Positions 37,569 to 48,403 of a stretch of 64,000 nucleotides of DNA are shown here, piece after piece (positions within the stretch are counted from its first letter, which is position 1; each line of letters starts with the position of its first letter). Location of the stretch: NCBI GenBank assembly GCA_964409365.1, contig CAYPCX010000004.1:21015-85014 (forward strand), read 5' to 3'. Made by a program: the position numbers and the translations under genes. This stretch comes from an uncultured Planctomycetia bacterium (GTDB taxonomy: Bacteria; Omnitrophota; Gorgyraeia; Tantalellales; Tantalellaceae). Below the pieces are notes generated by a model. The model ran no database searches, was not told the DNA's origin, and saw only the letters and a list, made by a program, of their open reading frames with translations.

Positions 37569-38831
37569 ATGAGGCATTTACATAAGGCCGATCCTAAGAT
37601 ATTCCAGGCCGTGCTCGGGGAGACGAAAAGGCAGAACGAAGGGATAGAACTCATAGCGAGCGAGAATTTCGCGAGCCGCGCCGTCATGGAAGCGGTCTCT
37701 TCCGCGATGACCAATAAGTATGCCGAAGGGTACGCGCACAAACGCTATTACGGCGGGTGCGAGTTTGTCGATATCGCCGAAGATATCGCGATAGCGAGGG
37801 CGAAAGAGCTTTTCGGGGCGGAACACGTTAACGTACAGCCGCATTCCGGTTCTCAGGCCAACCAGGCGGTGTTCTTTTCGACGGTGGACATAGGCGATAC
37901 TGTTCTGGCCATGGACCTCGCTTGCGGGGGGCACCTTACTCATGGGCACAAGAAGAACTATTCCGGTAAGTATTTCAACATGGTCTTCTACGGGGTGAAC
38001 AGACAGACGGAGAAGCTGGACTTCGATGAGATACGCAAAAAGGCAAAAGAGGCGAGGCCCAAGATGATAATAGCCGGGGCATCGGCTTACCCGCGGCAGA
38101 TCGACTTCCCGAAATTCCGTGAGGTCTGCGATGAAGTAGGGGCGGTGCTCATGGTGGACATGGCGCACATAGCCGGGATTGTGGCGGCGAAACTGCACCC
38201 CGATCCCGTCGCGGTGGCGGAATTCGTGACGACAACGACGCATAAAACGCTCAGAGGGCCCCGCGCCGGCATGATACTTTGCAGGGAGGAGTTCGCGAAG
38301 AAAATAGATTCGGAGGTATTTCCCGGCATGCAGGGCGGGCCCCTCATGCACGTCATAGCCGGAAAGGCGGTCGCTTTCCAGGAAGCCCTCAAACCCGAGT
38401 TCAAGGAATATCAGAAGAGAGTAGTGGGTAACGGGAAGCGGCTTGCCGATGAACTGGCCGCCAGGGGATACAGGATAGTGTCCGGCGGGACGGATAATCA
38501 TCTGATGCTTGTGGACCTGAGCGGTAACGGTCTTACGGGAAAGATCGCGGAGGCGTGTCTGGACAAGGCTGGTATAACGGTGAACAAGAACCTCATCCCC
38601 TTCGATAAGGAAAAACCCTTTGTCACCAGCGGTATAAGGATCGGCACGCCCGCGGCGACGACCAGGGGCATGGGCGAGGGAGAGATGACGAAAATAGCGG
38701 GGTTCATCGACTCGGCCCTGAAAGCGTGCGGGGATGATAAGCGGCTCGCCGTGATACGCGAAGAGGTGAGAGAGTTCCTGAAGGATTTCCCGCTGTACAG
38801 GGAATGGATAGACGAGATGGAGAGGATGTAA
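37569..38831 (+). CDS. glyA: Serine hydroxymethyltransferase
   Basis: [32 protein letters not shown]. Confidence 0.98.
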   Translation: MRHLHKADPKIFQAVLGETKRQNEGIELIASENFASRAVMEAVSSAMTNKYAEGYAHKRYYGGCEFVDIAEDIAIARAKELFGAEHVNVQPHSGSQANQAVFFSTVDIGDTVLAMDLACGGHLTHGHKKNYSGKYFNMVFYGVNRQTEKLDFDEIRKKAKEARPKMIIAGASAYPRQIDFPKFREVCDEVGAVLMVDMAHIAGIVAAKLHPDPVAVAEFVTTTTHKTLRGPRAGMILCREEFAKKIDSEVFPGMQGGPLMHVIAGKAVAFQEALKPEFKEYQKRVVGNGKRLADELAARGYRIVSGGTDNHLMLVDLSGNGLTGKIAEACLDKAGITVNKNLIPFDKEKPFVTSGIRIGTPAATTRGMGEGEMTKIAGFIDSALKACGDDKRLAVIREEVREFLKDFPLYREWIDEMERM

Positions 38832-38833
38832 AG

Positions 38834-38903
38834 AAGGATAAAGGATAAGGGAAAAAGGGTGAAGGGTAAAGGAAAAAGGATAAAGGAACAAAGAAAAAGG
38901 GAA
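38834..38903 (+). repeat. AAGG-type heptamer array (about 10 units)
   Basis: AAGGATA AAGGATA AGGGAAA AAGGGTG AAGGGTA AAGGAAA AAGGATA... Confidence 0.8.
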
Positions 38904-39353
38904 AGAATAAACAGGCCGAGCTGGGATGATTATTTCATGAATATAGCCCGGCTTGTCGCGACACGATCGACCTGCCTGCGCAGACAGGTAGGCGCTGTTG
39001 TCGTCAAGGATAAGCAGATATTGGCCACCGGGTACAACGGCGCTCCTTCGGGGCTGACCCACTGCGACCAGGTCGGGTGCCTCAGGGAAGAGCTCGGGAT
39101 CCCTTCGGGCCAGCGGCACGAGCTTTGCCGCGCCTTGCACGCGGAGCAGAACGCCTTTTTGCAGGCGGCCAGGCACGGCGCCAGTCTTGCCGGCGGTACG
39201 CTGTACATAACGACGCAGCCCTGCAGTATCTGCGCGAAGATGCTGATAAATGTCGGCATAAAAAAGATCGTTATCGAGGGGGACTACCCCGATGACTTCG
39301 CCCTTCAATTCCTCAAGGAGTCCAAAATAGAAACGGTGGTGCTTGGGTCATGA
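38859..39353 (+). CDS. dCMP deaminase (ComEB-like)
   Basis: [25 protein letters not shown]; start uncertain. Confidence 0.9.
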   Translation: MKGKGKRIKEQRKRERINRPSWDDYFMNIARLVATRSTCLRRQVGAVVVKDKQILATGYNGAPSGLTHCDQVGCLREELGIPSGQRHELCRALHAEQNAFLQAARHGASLAGGTLYITTQPCSICAKMLINVGIKKIVIEGDYPDDFALQFLKESKIETVVLGS

Positions 39354-39799
39354 GATGTCCTTTCTGCGGAAGCGTGGAAGATAAGGTTATAGATTCCCGC
39401 ATGAGCGGCGAGGGCATGAGCATCAGGCGCCGCCGTGAGTGCCTGGGCTGCGCGAAAAGGTTCACGACCTACGAATACGTGGAACAGGCTCCGCTCATGG
39501 TCGTCAAAAGGGATGGCGCGCGCAAGAGGTTCGACAGGGAAAAGATAAAAACGGGTATCATGAAGGCCTGCGAGAAGCGGCCGGTAAGCATGGAACAGGT
39601 CGACCAGATCGTCGAGGAGATCGAAAGGGAGATCCAGAAAAAAGCCGACAGGGAGATCAAATCGACGGATATAGGCAATATGGTGATGGATAAACTGTTC
39701 AAGCTCGATGAAGTAGCCTACGTCCGTTTTGCCTCGGTATACAGGCGTTTCAAGGACGTCTCACACTTCATGAAAGAGCTCAGGAAATTCCTCGAGTAG
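39350..39799 (+). CDS. nrdR: Transcriptional repressor NrdR
   Basis: MRCPFC, IRRRREC, ATP cone, [10 protein letters not shown]. Confidence 0.97.
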   Translation: MRCPFCGSVEDKVIDSRMSGEGMSIRRRRECLGCAKRFTTYEYVEQAPLMVVKRDGARKRFDREKIKTGIMKACEKRPVSMEQVDQIVEEIEREIQKKADREIKSTDIGNMVMDKLFKLDEVAYVRFASVYRRFKDVSHFMKELRKFLE

Positions 39800-39804
39800 A
39801 CTTC

Positions 39805-41262
39805 TTATATCTCATCCAGCTTGGCCTTCAGTTCGACGTCGGAGGTGTTTTCTTTCAGCCACACGTCAAGGAACATCATCTGTTTCTGCATGAGGATATT
39901 GGCGCGGATAGCGTCTTTTTGCTCTTCATAGACGGTTTCGTCCGCTTCTATTATGGTATCGACCCTCGCCAGGATAACACCGTTCTGGGTAGTGATGGGC
40001 CTGATCACCTCGCCCTTGCCCGCGGTTACCGCGTTAAAGACGATATTTTTGGCGGGCCCCACGTTCTCGATATAACCACCGGCCGCGAGCGGGCCTATGT
40101 TCATGACCGGGATATCCATGAGGTTGGACGCTTCTTCCAGCGTTATGCCCTCGTCCGTGATCTTCGCGAAATATTCGTTCGCTTTCTGTTCGGCGTTCTT
40201 CAGGCGTTTCTGGTCCGTAAGAAGCTGGATAAGGTCGTCGTGGATCTCTTCGTAGCTTACGGGTTTTGTCGGGATATGACCGGTCTTGCGGAACACGTAT
40301 ACCGCTCCTTTTTGCGGCGATGAAAAGAGCGGCCGGCTGATATCGCCTTCCTCCATGTCAAAGGCCATTTCCTGCAGGCCGCGCGTATAGTTTACGCCGG
40401 GGATAACGCCCTCGCGCGAAAAAGGTTCGGTCTTGCCGTAACGCAGGCCGTGTTTTTCCGCGTATTCCCTGAACTTTTCGGGAGAGGTCTTGAGGTCCGG
40501 GTAGATCTCCTCGATCTTTTTTCCCGCCAGGTCGCGCTGGTCGACGCCGTCGTATTCCATTTCTATGTACTCGACCTCCACCTTTTCCGGCGAATAGAAC
40601 CTGTCTTTATTGTCTTCATATAACTTTTTCGCTTCTTCTTCGGTAACGGTCGTATCGCCGAGGGGGAGTGTCTTGCTTATGAATATATAAGAGAGTTCGA
40701 CCTGGTCGTTGGTTTTGTGGAAGGTGTCCCGTATGTTCTCGTCCGGGACGTCCAGGTCTTCTATGATGCTCTGGCGGAACTTCTGTATCTGTATGTTCTC
40801 CCTGATGAGTTCTTCGAACGTTCGCGGGGTCATCGAGAGGTTGTTCCTCAGGATGTTCGTGTACAGTTCCGTGTTGAAGCTGCCGCTTCTCTGAAAGAGG
40901 GGATGCGTGGATATGGCGGTCACGACCTCGTTATTAGTGGCCTTGAGGCCCTTTTCCCGGGCTTTTTCCAGGAATATAAGCCGTTCCCAGGCCATCTGGT
41001 TGATCACCGGGCGGTTCTGGAACAGTTTTGAGAGCATCTCATAATTGTTGAAATACGTGAGCAGGATCTGTACTTTGGTCGCCTGCCGGCTCTTGGCGAA
41101 ATCCTCCATGGATATCTTCCTGTCCCCGATCGTGCCGACCGGTGCGGGGCTCCTGGTGACGTTGCCTACTCCCCAGAGGACGAAAGCTGGAATAATGAGG
41201 ATGAGCAGGCCCCAAAGGACCCGCTTCGCGAACTTTTTACTTCTCAGGACGCTCATTACCAT
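39805..41262 (-). CDS. SurA N-terminal domain / PpiD-like periplasmic chaperone
   Basis: N-terminal TM (LIIPAFVLWG), FQRSGSFN..LY, degenerate parvulin region; GGAG SD before ATG 41262. Confidence 0.8.
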   Translation of the reverse strand: MVMSVLRSKKFAKRVLWGLLILIIPAFVLWGVGNVTRSPAPVGTIGDRKISMEDFAKSRQATKVQILLTYFNNYEMLSKLFQNRPVINQMAWERLIFLEKAREKGLKATNNEVVTAISTHPLFQRSGSFNTELYTNILRNNLSMTPRTFEELIRENIQIQKFRQSIIEDLDVPDENIRDTFHKTNDQVELSYIFISKTLPLGDTTVTEEEAKKLYEDNKDRFYSPEKVEVEYIEMEYDGVDQRDLAGKKIEEIYPDLKTSPEKFREYAEKHGLRYGKTEPFSREGVIPGVNYTRGLQEMAFDMEEGDISRPLFSSPQKGAVYVFRKTGHIPTKPVSYEEIHDDLIQLLTDQKRLKNAEQKANEYFAKITDEGITLEEASNLMDIPVMNIGPLAAGGYIENVGPAKNIVFNAVTAGKGEVIRPITTQNGVILARVDTIIEADETVYEEQKDAIRANILMQKQMMFLDVWLKENTSDVELKAKLDEI

Positions 41263-41419
41263 ATCTATCAACTCCTTGATATTGTGAGATTGTCGCAGGA
41301 GTATATTATAAGCCATTTTTTCCCGGAGACAAGCCTAAATTGTTCGAGCCGCCTGTTGAATGTAAAGGGGTTATATGTTAGACTAACCCGTAAACCCGTA
41401 AAATAAGGAGGTACGCAAA

Positions 41420-42226
41420 ATGGACTGGGGAATGAAGAACAGACTGAGCCAGCTTATCCAACCCGATGGTCATTGTTTCTTTCTGCCTATAGATCATGGA
41501 TATTTTCAGGGGCCTACCAGTTGCCTGGAGAGGCCCGGTGAGACTATCGAACCACTTCTCTCGTATTGTGATGCTCTCTTCGTCACCAGGGGCGTGTTGC
41601 GCTCGGCCGTGAAAGCGGCGGGCAGCAAACCGATCATTTTGAGGGTATCGGGAGGGACCAGCATGGTGGGGAAGGACCTGGCCAATGAAGGGATCACTAC
41701 GTCCATCCAGGAGATCATCCGGCTTAACGCGGCCGCCGTGGGCGTTTCTGTTTTTGTGGGGAGCGATCATGAGCGCCAGACACTGCTGAACCTCGCGAGA
41801 CTTGTCAATGAATGTGAAGATTACGGTATACCCGTGATGGCCGTTACGGCTGTCGGTAAGGAAACGGAGAAAATGGAAGCCCGCTACCTCGCTTTAAGCT
41901 GCCGTATCGCCGCCGAACTGGGCGCGAAAGTGGTAAAGACCTACTGGTGCGCGAAGGATTTTGACAAGGTCGTGAACGGCTGTCCTGTCCCGGTGGTAAT
42001 GGCGGGCGGACCCAGATGCAAAACAGAACTTGAGGTATTGGAATTTGTCCATGACGGCATGCAAAAAGGCGCGATCGGTATAAATCTCGGGAGGAACGTC
42101 TGGCAGAACGCTCAACCGGTAGCCATGGCCAGGGCCCTAAGGGCCATTATCCACGAGAACGCCACGGCCAGAGAAGCCCATGAGCTGTTCAACGAAGCCA
42201 AGGGTAAGGAGAGATCTTGCGTGTAG
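41420..42226 (+). CDS. lsrF: LsrF-like thiolase / class I aldolase (DhnA family)
   Basis: MDWGMKNRL, DHGYFQGPT, AELGAKVVKTY, GRNVWQ; promoter TTGAAT-17-TAGACT at 41356-41384. Confidence 0.8.
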   Translation: MDWGMKNRLSQLIQPDGHCFFLPIDHGYFQGPTSCLERPGETIEPLLSYCDALFVTRGVLRSAVKAAGSKPIILRVSGGTSMVGKDLANEGITTSIQEIIRLNAAAVGVSVFVGSDHERQTLLNLARLVNECEDYGIPVMAVTAVGKETEKMEARYLALSCRIAAELGAKVVKTYWCAKDFDKVVNGCPVPVVMAGGPRCKTELEVLEFVHDGMQKGAIGINLGRNVWQNAQPVAMARALRAIIHENATAREAHELFNEAKGKERSCV

Positions 42227-43242
42227 CGATGTATTATAACAACCGGGATGTGCGGTTGGAGGAGATGCCGGACCCGCGGATCGAGCCGGGAGAGCTGTTG
42301 GTGAAGGTCATGGCCAGCGGTATCTGCGGCAGTGACGTGATGGAATGGTATCGTATCAAAAAGGCGCCCCTGGTGCTGGGACATGAGATCACGGGCCGGA
42401 TCGTCGAAGTGGGTAAGGGTGTAAAACAGTACAAGCCCGGTGACAGGGTTTTCGTGGCCCACCATGTACCCTGTAATACCTGTCGCTATTGCCTGAGAGG
42501 TCATCATACCGTTTGTGAAACACTGCATACCACGAACTATATCCCCGGCGGGTTCGCGGAATACTTACGGGTGCCCCGGATTAACGTGGACCGCGGAGTG
42601 TTTCTCCTGCCTGAAGAGGTCTCCTACGAGGATGGGACGTTCATCGAGCCGTTGGCCTGTGTTGTGCGCGGGCAGAGATTGGCGCGTTTTGAACCGGGGC
42701 AAAGCGTGCTTATCATCGGAAGCGGTATTTCCGGGCTTTTGCATCTGCTTTTGGCCCGCGCCTGCGGGGCCGGCCGGGTGACAGCGACGGATATCAACGA
42801 GTATCGCCTTAAGACGGCGCTTGAGTTCGGCGCGGACGCGGTGATAGACGCCCGCGAATATACCGCTGAGTATTTGCTGCAGGTCAATGACAACAGGCTT
42901 GCCGACCTGGTGATCGTGTGCGCAGGCGCGTTATCCGCTTTCACTCAGGCATTGAAGTCCGTGGATCGCGGAGGGACCGTTCTGTTCTTCGCGCCGACGG
43001 AACCGGGAGTGGATCTCCCTGTCCCGGTCAATGAATTCTGGCGTAACGGCATAACGTTAATGCCTTCGTATGGCAGCAGCCCGTCTGATACCGCCGAAGC
43101 TATAGAATTGCTCCAAACCGGTCGCATTCCCGTGAACAAAATGATCACGCACCGGTTGCCTCTGTCGGAGACAGGCCTGGGGTTCAAGCTTGTCGCTGAA
43201 GCCGGGGAATCCATTAAAGTGGTCGTTGAACCGCAAAAATGA
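42217..43242 (+). CDS. Zinc-dependent (sorbitol/threonine-type) dehydrogenase
   Basis: GICGSD, GHE, CxxCxxC-x7-C, GSGISG. Confidence 0.9.
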   Translation: MRVAMYYNNRDVRLEEMPDPRIEPGELLVKVMASGICGSDVMEWYRIKKAPLVLGHEITGRIVEVGKGVKQYKPGDRVFVAHHVPCNTCRYCLRGHHTVCETLHTTNYIPGGFAEYLRVPRINVDRGVFLLPEEVSYEDGTFIEPLACVVRGQRLARFEPGQSVLIIGSGISGLLHLLLARACGAGRVTATDINEYRLKTALEFGADAVIDAREYTAEYLLQVNDNRLADLVIVCAGALSAFTQALKSVDRGGTVLFFAPTEPGVDLPVPVNEFWRNGITLMPSYGSSPSDTAEAIELLQTGRIPVNKMITHRLPLSETGLGFKLVAEAGESIKVVVEPQK

Positions 43243-43412
43243 ACCCTCGTCCGCAAATACTTATACGCCTTGACTATATATTAAGTTTGGTATACAATTG
43301 ACACGAAAATTTTATTTATTATATACTGACGCTTCCGGTCAGAAAGGGTGAGCCCTGCCCGGCGTCAGCAAGAGGATTATTTTTTCTGTTCTTTTGCCGA
43401 AAAGAGGTAGAA

Positions 43413-44291
43413 ATGAGCGAGAACAAATTGAGATTAGGCATTCCCAAGGGTAGTCTGCAGGACACGACCGTCAGGCTTTTTGGGAAAGCCGGGTATAAGA
43501 TAAAGGTCTCAACGAGATCATATTTTCCCGATATTGATGACGAGGAAATAGAAGTGATACTGTTCCGCGCCCAGGAGATGTCCAGGTATGTGGAGGACGG
43601 GCTCATCGACTGCGGCATAACCGGTAATGACTGGATAGAGGAGAATTCGTCCACGGTCGAGCGGGTAGCGGAACTGGTATACGCCAAAAGGAGCATGAAG
43701 CCGGTAAAATGGGTGCTTGCCGTGCCGAGCTCATCCGCCGTGAAATGCGCAAAAGACCTGCAGGGCAAGAGAATAGCGACGGAGCTGGTAAAGGTCACGA
43801 GCAAGTACCTTGAAAAAAAAGGCGTGAAGGCCGACGTGGAATTCAGCTGGGGGGCTACCGAAGTGAAGCCCAAGATGGGGATAGACGCGATAGTCGAAGT
43901 GACCGAAACCGGTGCCAGCCTCCGGGCCAACGACCTCCGGATAGTGGAAACGATATGCGAATCCACCACGCAGTTCATAGCCAACACCGGCGCATGGAAG
44001 GATCCCTGGAAAAAGGAAAAAATGGAAAGAATAGTCATGCTTCTCCAGGGAGCGATACTCGCCGAAGGTAAAGTAGGGCTGAAGATGAACGCCAAAAAAG
44101 AAGACGTGGAAAAGATAGTAGGGATACTTCCCGCCATGAAAATGCCCACCGTTTCCCCGCTGTTCGGGGGGGAATGGGTGGACATCGACACGGTCATAGA
44201 CGAGGAAGATGTGAAACGGTTGATACCCGAGCTCAGAAAAGCCGGGGCTCAGGGCATCATAGAGTATCCGTTGAACAAGGTGATAGACTAG
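43413..44291 (+). CDS. hisG: ATP phosphoribosyltransferase (long form)
   Basis: [30 protein letters not shown]-terminal PTVSPL regulatory domain. Confidence 0.95.
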   Translation: MSENKLRLGIPKGSLQDTTVRLFGKAGYKIKVSTRSYFPDIDDEEIEVILFRAQEMSRYVEDGLIDCGITGNDWIEENSSTVERVAELVYAKRSMKPVKWVLAVPSSSAVKCAKDLQGKRIATELVKVTSKYLEKKGVKADVEFSWGATEVKPKMGIDAIVEVTETGASLRANDLRIVETICESTTQFIANTGAWKDPWKKEKMERIVMLLQGAILAEGKVGLKMNAKKEDVEKIVGILPAMKMPTVSPLFGGEWVDIDTVIDEEDVKRLIPELRKAGAQGIIEYPLNKVID

Positions 44292-44336
44292 AACACCGGG
44301 CCATGCCCGGAAAAATCGGAAAGGGACACCGAAAAC

Positions 44337-44432
44337 ATGCCTTGCGGAAAGAAAAGGAAGATAAAAAAGGTCAAGCGGCATAAGCGCAAAAAGCGCATGA
44401 AGAGAGATAGGCATAAGAAGAAAAAGAGCTAA
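44337..44432 (+). CDS. 31-aa basic protein, bS22/AURKAIP1-COX24-like ribosomal protein
   Basis: MPCGKKRKIKKVKRHKRKKRMKRDRHKKKKS, read by hand; below the ORF track cut-off. Confidence 0.8.
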   Translation: MPCGKKRKIKKVKRHKRKKRMKRDRHKKKKS

Positions 44433-44435
44433 AGC

Positions 44436-45884
44436 ATGGCTTTGAAGAGAAAAGTCGCACTTTCCGTCGCATTTTCTTTTTCTGTTCTTTCATTTGCCGG
44501 TGTTTCGGGAGCATTCACTTTTGTCGGTTTCGGAGGGACGCTTGTAGACGAGACCCGCGTGGAAGATGCCGCTATCAGGACCTTTTCGAACGCACTTGCC
44601 CATTATCTGATGGGGCAGCTCTATGACAATAACGGTGACGTAAAGTCAGCTGTTGCCGAGTATGAGAAAGCCCTTGTTTACAGGGATGACATAGCCGACA
44701 TCTACCTGCGGCTCGGTTCCGACCTTCTTCTTTTGGGCAGGATGGACGAGGCGACAGGTGTGCTCAAGAAGGCTCTCCAGGTTGAACCCAAGACGGTGCG
44801 GGCGTATATGCTCTTGGCTATCGTCCACACCGCGAAAGGCGAGTTCGATCAGGCGCAGGCCCGCTATGAAGAAGCCCTGGGGCATGAGCCGGAAAATATC
44901 AAGGTGCTGACGTTCCTGTCCGACCTTTTTGTCATCCAGAAGAAACTCGACAAGGCGGCCGAGGTCTACCAGAGGATCATCGAGGTAAGAGGGGACGATG
45001 CCTTTCTATATTTCAACCTCGGTATCATTTACAGCAAGCTGGAGCAGATGGAAAAGGCGAAGGCGAACCTCAGGAAGGCCATCGAAAAAAATAAGGATTA
45101 TCTTGAGGCGCACCTCGTGCTCGGTTTTATCTGCGAGATAGAGGCAGATCCGAAAGAGGCCATAAAGCAGTATAGAGCGGTCACCGAAATAGATCCGAAG
45201 AACAGGGAAGCCCGGGTCAGGATAGCGCACCTTTATTACACTTTGGGCGAGACAGAGAAGGCCGTGCAGGAGAACCGGGAGCTGATCGCTTTAGGTGTTC
45301 GTTCTCCCGAACCGTACCTGCAGATCTTCGGCATATATGTTTCCGGGAAGAAATACGACCGCGCGGAGAATATACTGCGCGAAGCATTGAATGACGGCGT
45401 AACGAGCGCCGTGATCTACGCCAATTTCGGATATCTGGCCGGCCTTAAGGAAGATTACGCACAGGCGGCGCGTTATTACAGGGAAGCCATAGAAAAAGCT
45501 CCCGGGAACGAGAAATACCGGTTTTCACTCGCCGTCGTAACGGACCGTTCGGGAGAGAGGGACGAAGCGGTAGAGATGCTCGAGGATCTGGTCTCGAAGG
45601 AACCCGACCTTCCCGAAGCTTATAATTATCTCGGCTATTTGTATGCCGAAGAAGGCGTTAAGCTCGACCGCGCGATCGAGCTGATAAAAAAAGCCCTGGA
45701 GTATGATCCGGATAACGGCGCTTATCTGGACAGTCTCGGCTGGGCTTATTACAAGAAAGGTATGCTGGATGAAGCGCTGGGGGAGCTTTCCCGGGCGGCG
45801 GAGTTCATGCCGGACGATCCGGTGATAGAAGATCATCTGAAAGCGGCAAAAGAGAGACTTAAGGTCTTGAAAAGGTCGAGATAA
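44436..45884 (+). CDS. Exported TPR-repeat protein
   Basis: Signal peptide, many TPR repeats, AYNYLGY, YLDSLGWAYY. Confidence 0.88.
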   Translation: MALKRKVALSVAFSFSVLSFAGVSGAFTFVGFGGTLVDETRVEDAAIRTFSNALAHYLMGQLYDNNGDVKSAVAEYEKALVYRDDIADIYLRLGSDLLLLGRMDEATGVLKKALQVEPKTVRAYMLLAIVHTAKGEFDQAQARYEEALGHEPENIKVLTFLSDLFVIQKKLDKAAEVYQRIIEVRGDDAFLYFNLGIIYSKLEQMEKAKANLRKAIEKNKDYLEAHLVLGFICEIEADPKEAIKQYRAVTEIDPKNREARVRIAHLYYTLGETEKAVQENRELIALGVRSPEPYLQIFGIYVSGKKYDRAENILREALNDGVTSAVIYANFGYLAGLKEDYAQAARYYREAIEKAPGNEKYRFSLAVVTDRSGERDEAVEMLEDLVSKEPDLPEAYNYLGYLYAEEGVKLDRAIELIKKALEYDPDNGAYLDSLGWAYYKKGMLDEALGELSRAAEFMPDDPVIEDHLKAAKERLKVLKRSR

Positions 45885-45898
45885 AAGAAAAGAGGGAC

Positions 45899-46735
45899 AT
45901 GAACAGGATAGAAGACATCACGGGTCTGAAGAAAAAAGCCATAGATCTCCGCCGGGATATACTGCGCATGCTGGAGAAAGCCGGCAGCGGCCATACCGGG
46001 GGGTCGTTGTCGATGGTCGAGATACTCGTCGAATTATATTACCGGAAGATGAACTTTGACCCGAGAAAACCCGACTGGAAAGGACGCGACAAGTTCGTGC
46101 TTTCCAAGGGGCACGGGTGCCCGGCGTTGTACGCGGTGCTCGCTGACCTGGAGTTCTTCCCGAAAAAAGAACTGTTGACCCTGCGCGAACTGGGATCACG
46201 GCTTCAGGGGCATCCCCAGCTGGGCCTGCCGGGACTTGAGATCTCGAGTGGTTCCCTCGGGCAGGGGCTTTCCATCGCGGTGGGTTTCGCGCTTGCCGAT
46301 AAGATGGACGGGGTGAATGCCAGGGTGTACTGCCTGATGGGCGATGGGGAGACCAACGAAGGCCAGATATGGGAAGCGGCCATGACAGGGTCGCATTATG
46401 GACTGGACAACCTGTGCGGGATAATAGATTTCAACAAGCTGCAGATAGACGGCCTTTGCTGCGATGTAAAGTCTCTCGGCCAGTATAAAGAAAAATGGGC
46501 ACATTTCGGATGGCATGCGATCGAAATAGACGGACACGATTTTGACCAGCTCGACAAGGCGTTCGAAGAGGCCGCTTCGGTAAAGGGCAAGCCGCAGGTC
46601 ATAATAGCTCACACGGTGAAGGGCAAGGGCGTATCGTTCGTGGAGAACAAGGTCAACTGGCACGGCATCGCCCCGAAAAAGGACGAGCTGGAAAAGGCCC
46701 TTGCCGAATTGGACGAGCAGGAAAAACAGCTTTAA
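45899..46735 (+). CDS. Transketolase N-terminal subunit
   Basis: SGHTGGSLS, LSKGH, GSLGQG, GDGE TPP motif, KGKG. Confidence 0.95.
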   Translation: MNRIEDITGLKKKAIDLRRDILRMLEKAGSGHTGGSLSMVEILVELYYRKMNFDPRKPDWKGRDKFVLSKGHGCPALYAVLADLEFFPKKELLTLRELGSRLQGHPQLGLPGLEISSGSLGQGLSIAVGFALADKMDGVNARVYCLMGDGETNEGQIWEAAMTGSHYGLDNLCGIIDFNKLQIDGLCCDVKSLGQYKEKWAHFGWHAIEIDGHDFDQLDKAFEEAASVKGKPQVIIAHTVKGKGVSFVENKVNWHGIAPKKDELEKALAELDEQEKQL

Positions 46736-46750
46736 CAAGGAGACATTGTT

Positions 46751-48403
46751 ATGCTTAGCAGAAAAATGAAAATGTATTTAAGACAATACAGGACGATCAT
46801 CATCCTCGTCACAGTAGTGGTCATCCTGCTGATACTCGCGGTTATAGGGATGATGTCGCTGGAATCGTTCTACCGGAAGATGACCCTGGCCACGATGCCC
46901 GTACAGTTCATAATGGCTGGCATACACGCCGGCATATTCGTCTTTATGTACCTTACCTTCCTGCGGGGCGGGTTCGCCAAGCTGGACAAGGCCCCGATAA
47001 AAGGGAGGGACGTGTCGATCAGCTGGGAAGACGTTATCGGGATGCAGGATGCGAAGCAGGAAGCCGCCGAGGTAGTCTCGCTCATAAAAGACAGGGCCGG
47101 CGTCCAGAAGATGGGCGGCAGCGTTGTGAAAGGCCTTTTGATGCTCGGCCCCCCGGGATGCGGTAAGACCTACCTGGCCAAGGCCATGGCCACCGAGGCC
47201 AACCTGCCTTTTCTCTCGATGTCGGGAAGCGAGTTTGTGGAGGTGTTCGTCGGCGTGGGCGCTTCGCGCGTCCGCAAACTTTTCAAAAAGGCGCGTGACC
47301 TTGCCTACGGGTACGGCGGGTGCATCATCTTCATCGACGAGATAGACGCGATAGGAAGGTCCAGGACGTTCAGTTTCATGGGCGGGCAGGAGACTAACTC
47401 GACGCTTAACCAGGTCCTTGCCGAGATGGACGGGCTCAAGGGCAAAGAGGAGAACATCGTGGTCATCGGTGCCACGAACGCTCCTGAAGAGCACCTGGAT
47501 CAGGCGCTCCTGAGGCCCGGCCGGTTCGACAGGAAGATAATGATCACCAAGCCCTCCCAGGACGACAGGGCGGACCTTTTTAAATTTTATCTCAACAAGG
47601 TCAAGGCGGAAGAGGATCTTGACGTTGGTCGCCTGGCGCGGCGTGCCGTGGGGAAGAGCCCGGCCGATATCGCCAATATAGTCAAGGAATCCGCGCTAAT
47701 CGCCACCAGGAACAAGAAGACAGCCATAGGGCAGAAGGAGATAAGCGAGGCGTTCGAAAGGGTCGACCTCGGTATAAAATACCGTCTCACGGTGACGCCC
47801 AGGGAAAAGGAGATGACGGCTTATCACGAGTCGGGCCACTTAATAGTGACATATTTGAAAGCGCCTCAAAAAAGCGTTTTTAAGGCCAGCATCATCCCCA
47901 GGAGGGGTGCGCTGGGAGTGGTATGGTCGCCGGAGAAGGAAGAGCTGCATTCAAGAAGCAAGGAACAGCTGCTTTCGGAGATCATGATAGCCCTCGGCGG
48001 ATACGTCGCCGAGAAGATCAAATACGGCACGTCGACGACCGGGGTAAGCAGCGATTTCAAGAAGGCCACGCTGATCGCCCATTCAATGACATGGATGCTG
48101 GGCATGGGAGCTTCGGGTTATGTCGGCGACTATTCGGCGATCCCTAAAGAAGAACTTTCCGAGGAAATAAAACTGGCGCTTAATAAAGATACGAACGCGA
48201 TAGTCACCGGCTGCGTTGAAGAAACGAAAAAGACGCTCGAAGAGAACAAGAAGCTCCTTGACAGGTTCGCCAAGGAACTCCTGGAGAGGGAAGAGCTGGA
48301 ATACGACGAGATAATAGCGATCTTCGAGGAATACGGCTTCAAGGAAACCCCTTATGACGGGGATATGCCGCCGCAGGATCGGAACTGGGATGAAAAAGCG
48401 TAA
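46751..48403 (+). CDS. FtsH-like AAA+ M41 metalloprotease lacking the periplasmic domain
   Basis: Two close TM helices, [34 protein letters not shown]. Confidence 0.9.
   Translation: MLSRKMKMYLRQYRTIIILVTVVVILLILAVIGMMSLESFYRKMTLATMPVQFIMAGIHAGIFVFMYLTFLRGGFAKLDKAPIKGRDVSISWEDVIGMQDAKQEAAEVVSLIKDRAGVQKMGGSVVKGLLMLGPPGCGKTYLAKAMATEANLPFLSMSGSEFVEVFVGVGASRVRKLFKKARDLAYGYGGCIIFIDEIDAIGRSRTFSFMGGQETNSTLNQVLAEMDGLKGKEENIVVIGATNAPEEHLDQALLRPGRFDRKIMITKPSQDDRADLFKFYLNKVKAEEDLDVGRLARRAVGKSPADIANIVKESALIATRNKKTAIGQKEISEAFERVDLGIKYRLTVTPREKEMTAYHESGHLIVTYLKAPQKSVFKASIIPRRGALGVVWSPEKEELHSRSKEQLLSEIMIALGGYVAEKIKYGTSTTGVSSDFKKATLIAHSMTWMLGMGASGYVGDYSAIPKEELSEEIKLALNKDTNAIVTGCVEETKKTLEENKKLLDRFAKELLEREELEYDEIIAIFEEYGFKETPYDGDMPPQDRNWDEKA

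Noticed and set aside
37578-39308. 576-aa minus-strand ORF
   Set aside because: Antisense shadow of glyA and the deaminase, caused by codon bias; no motifs. The same applies to 5574-7010, 8973-10346, 34980-36311 and similar ORFs
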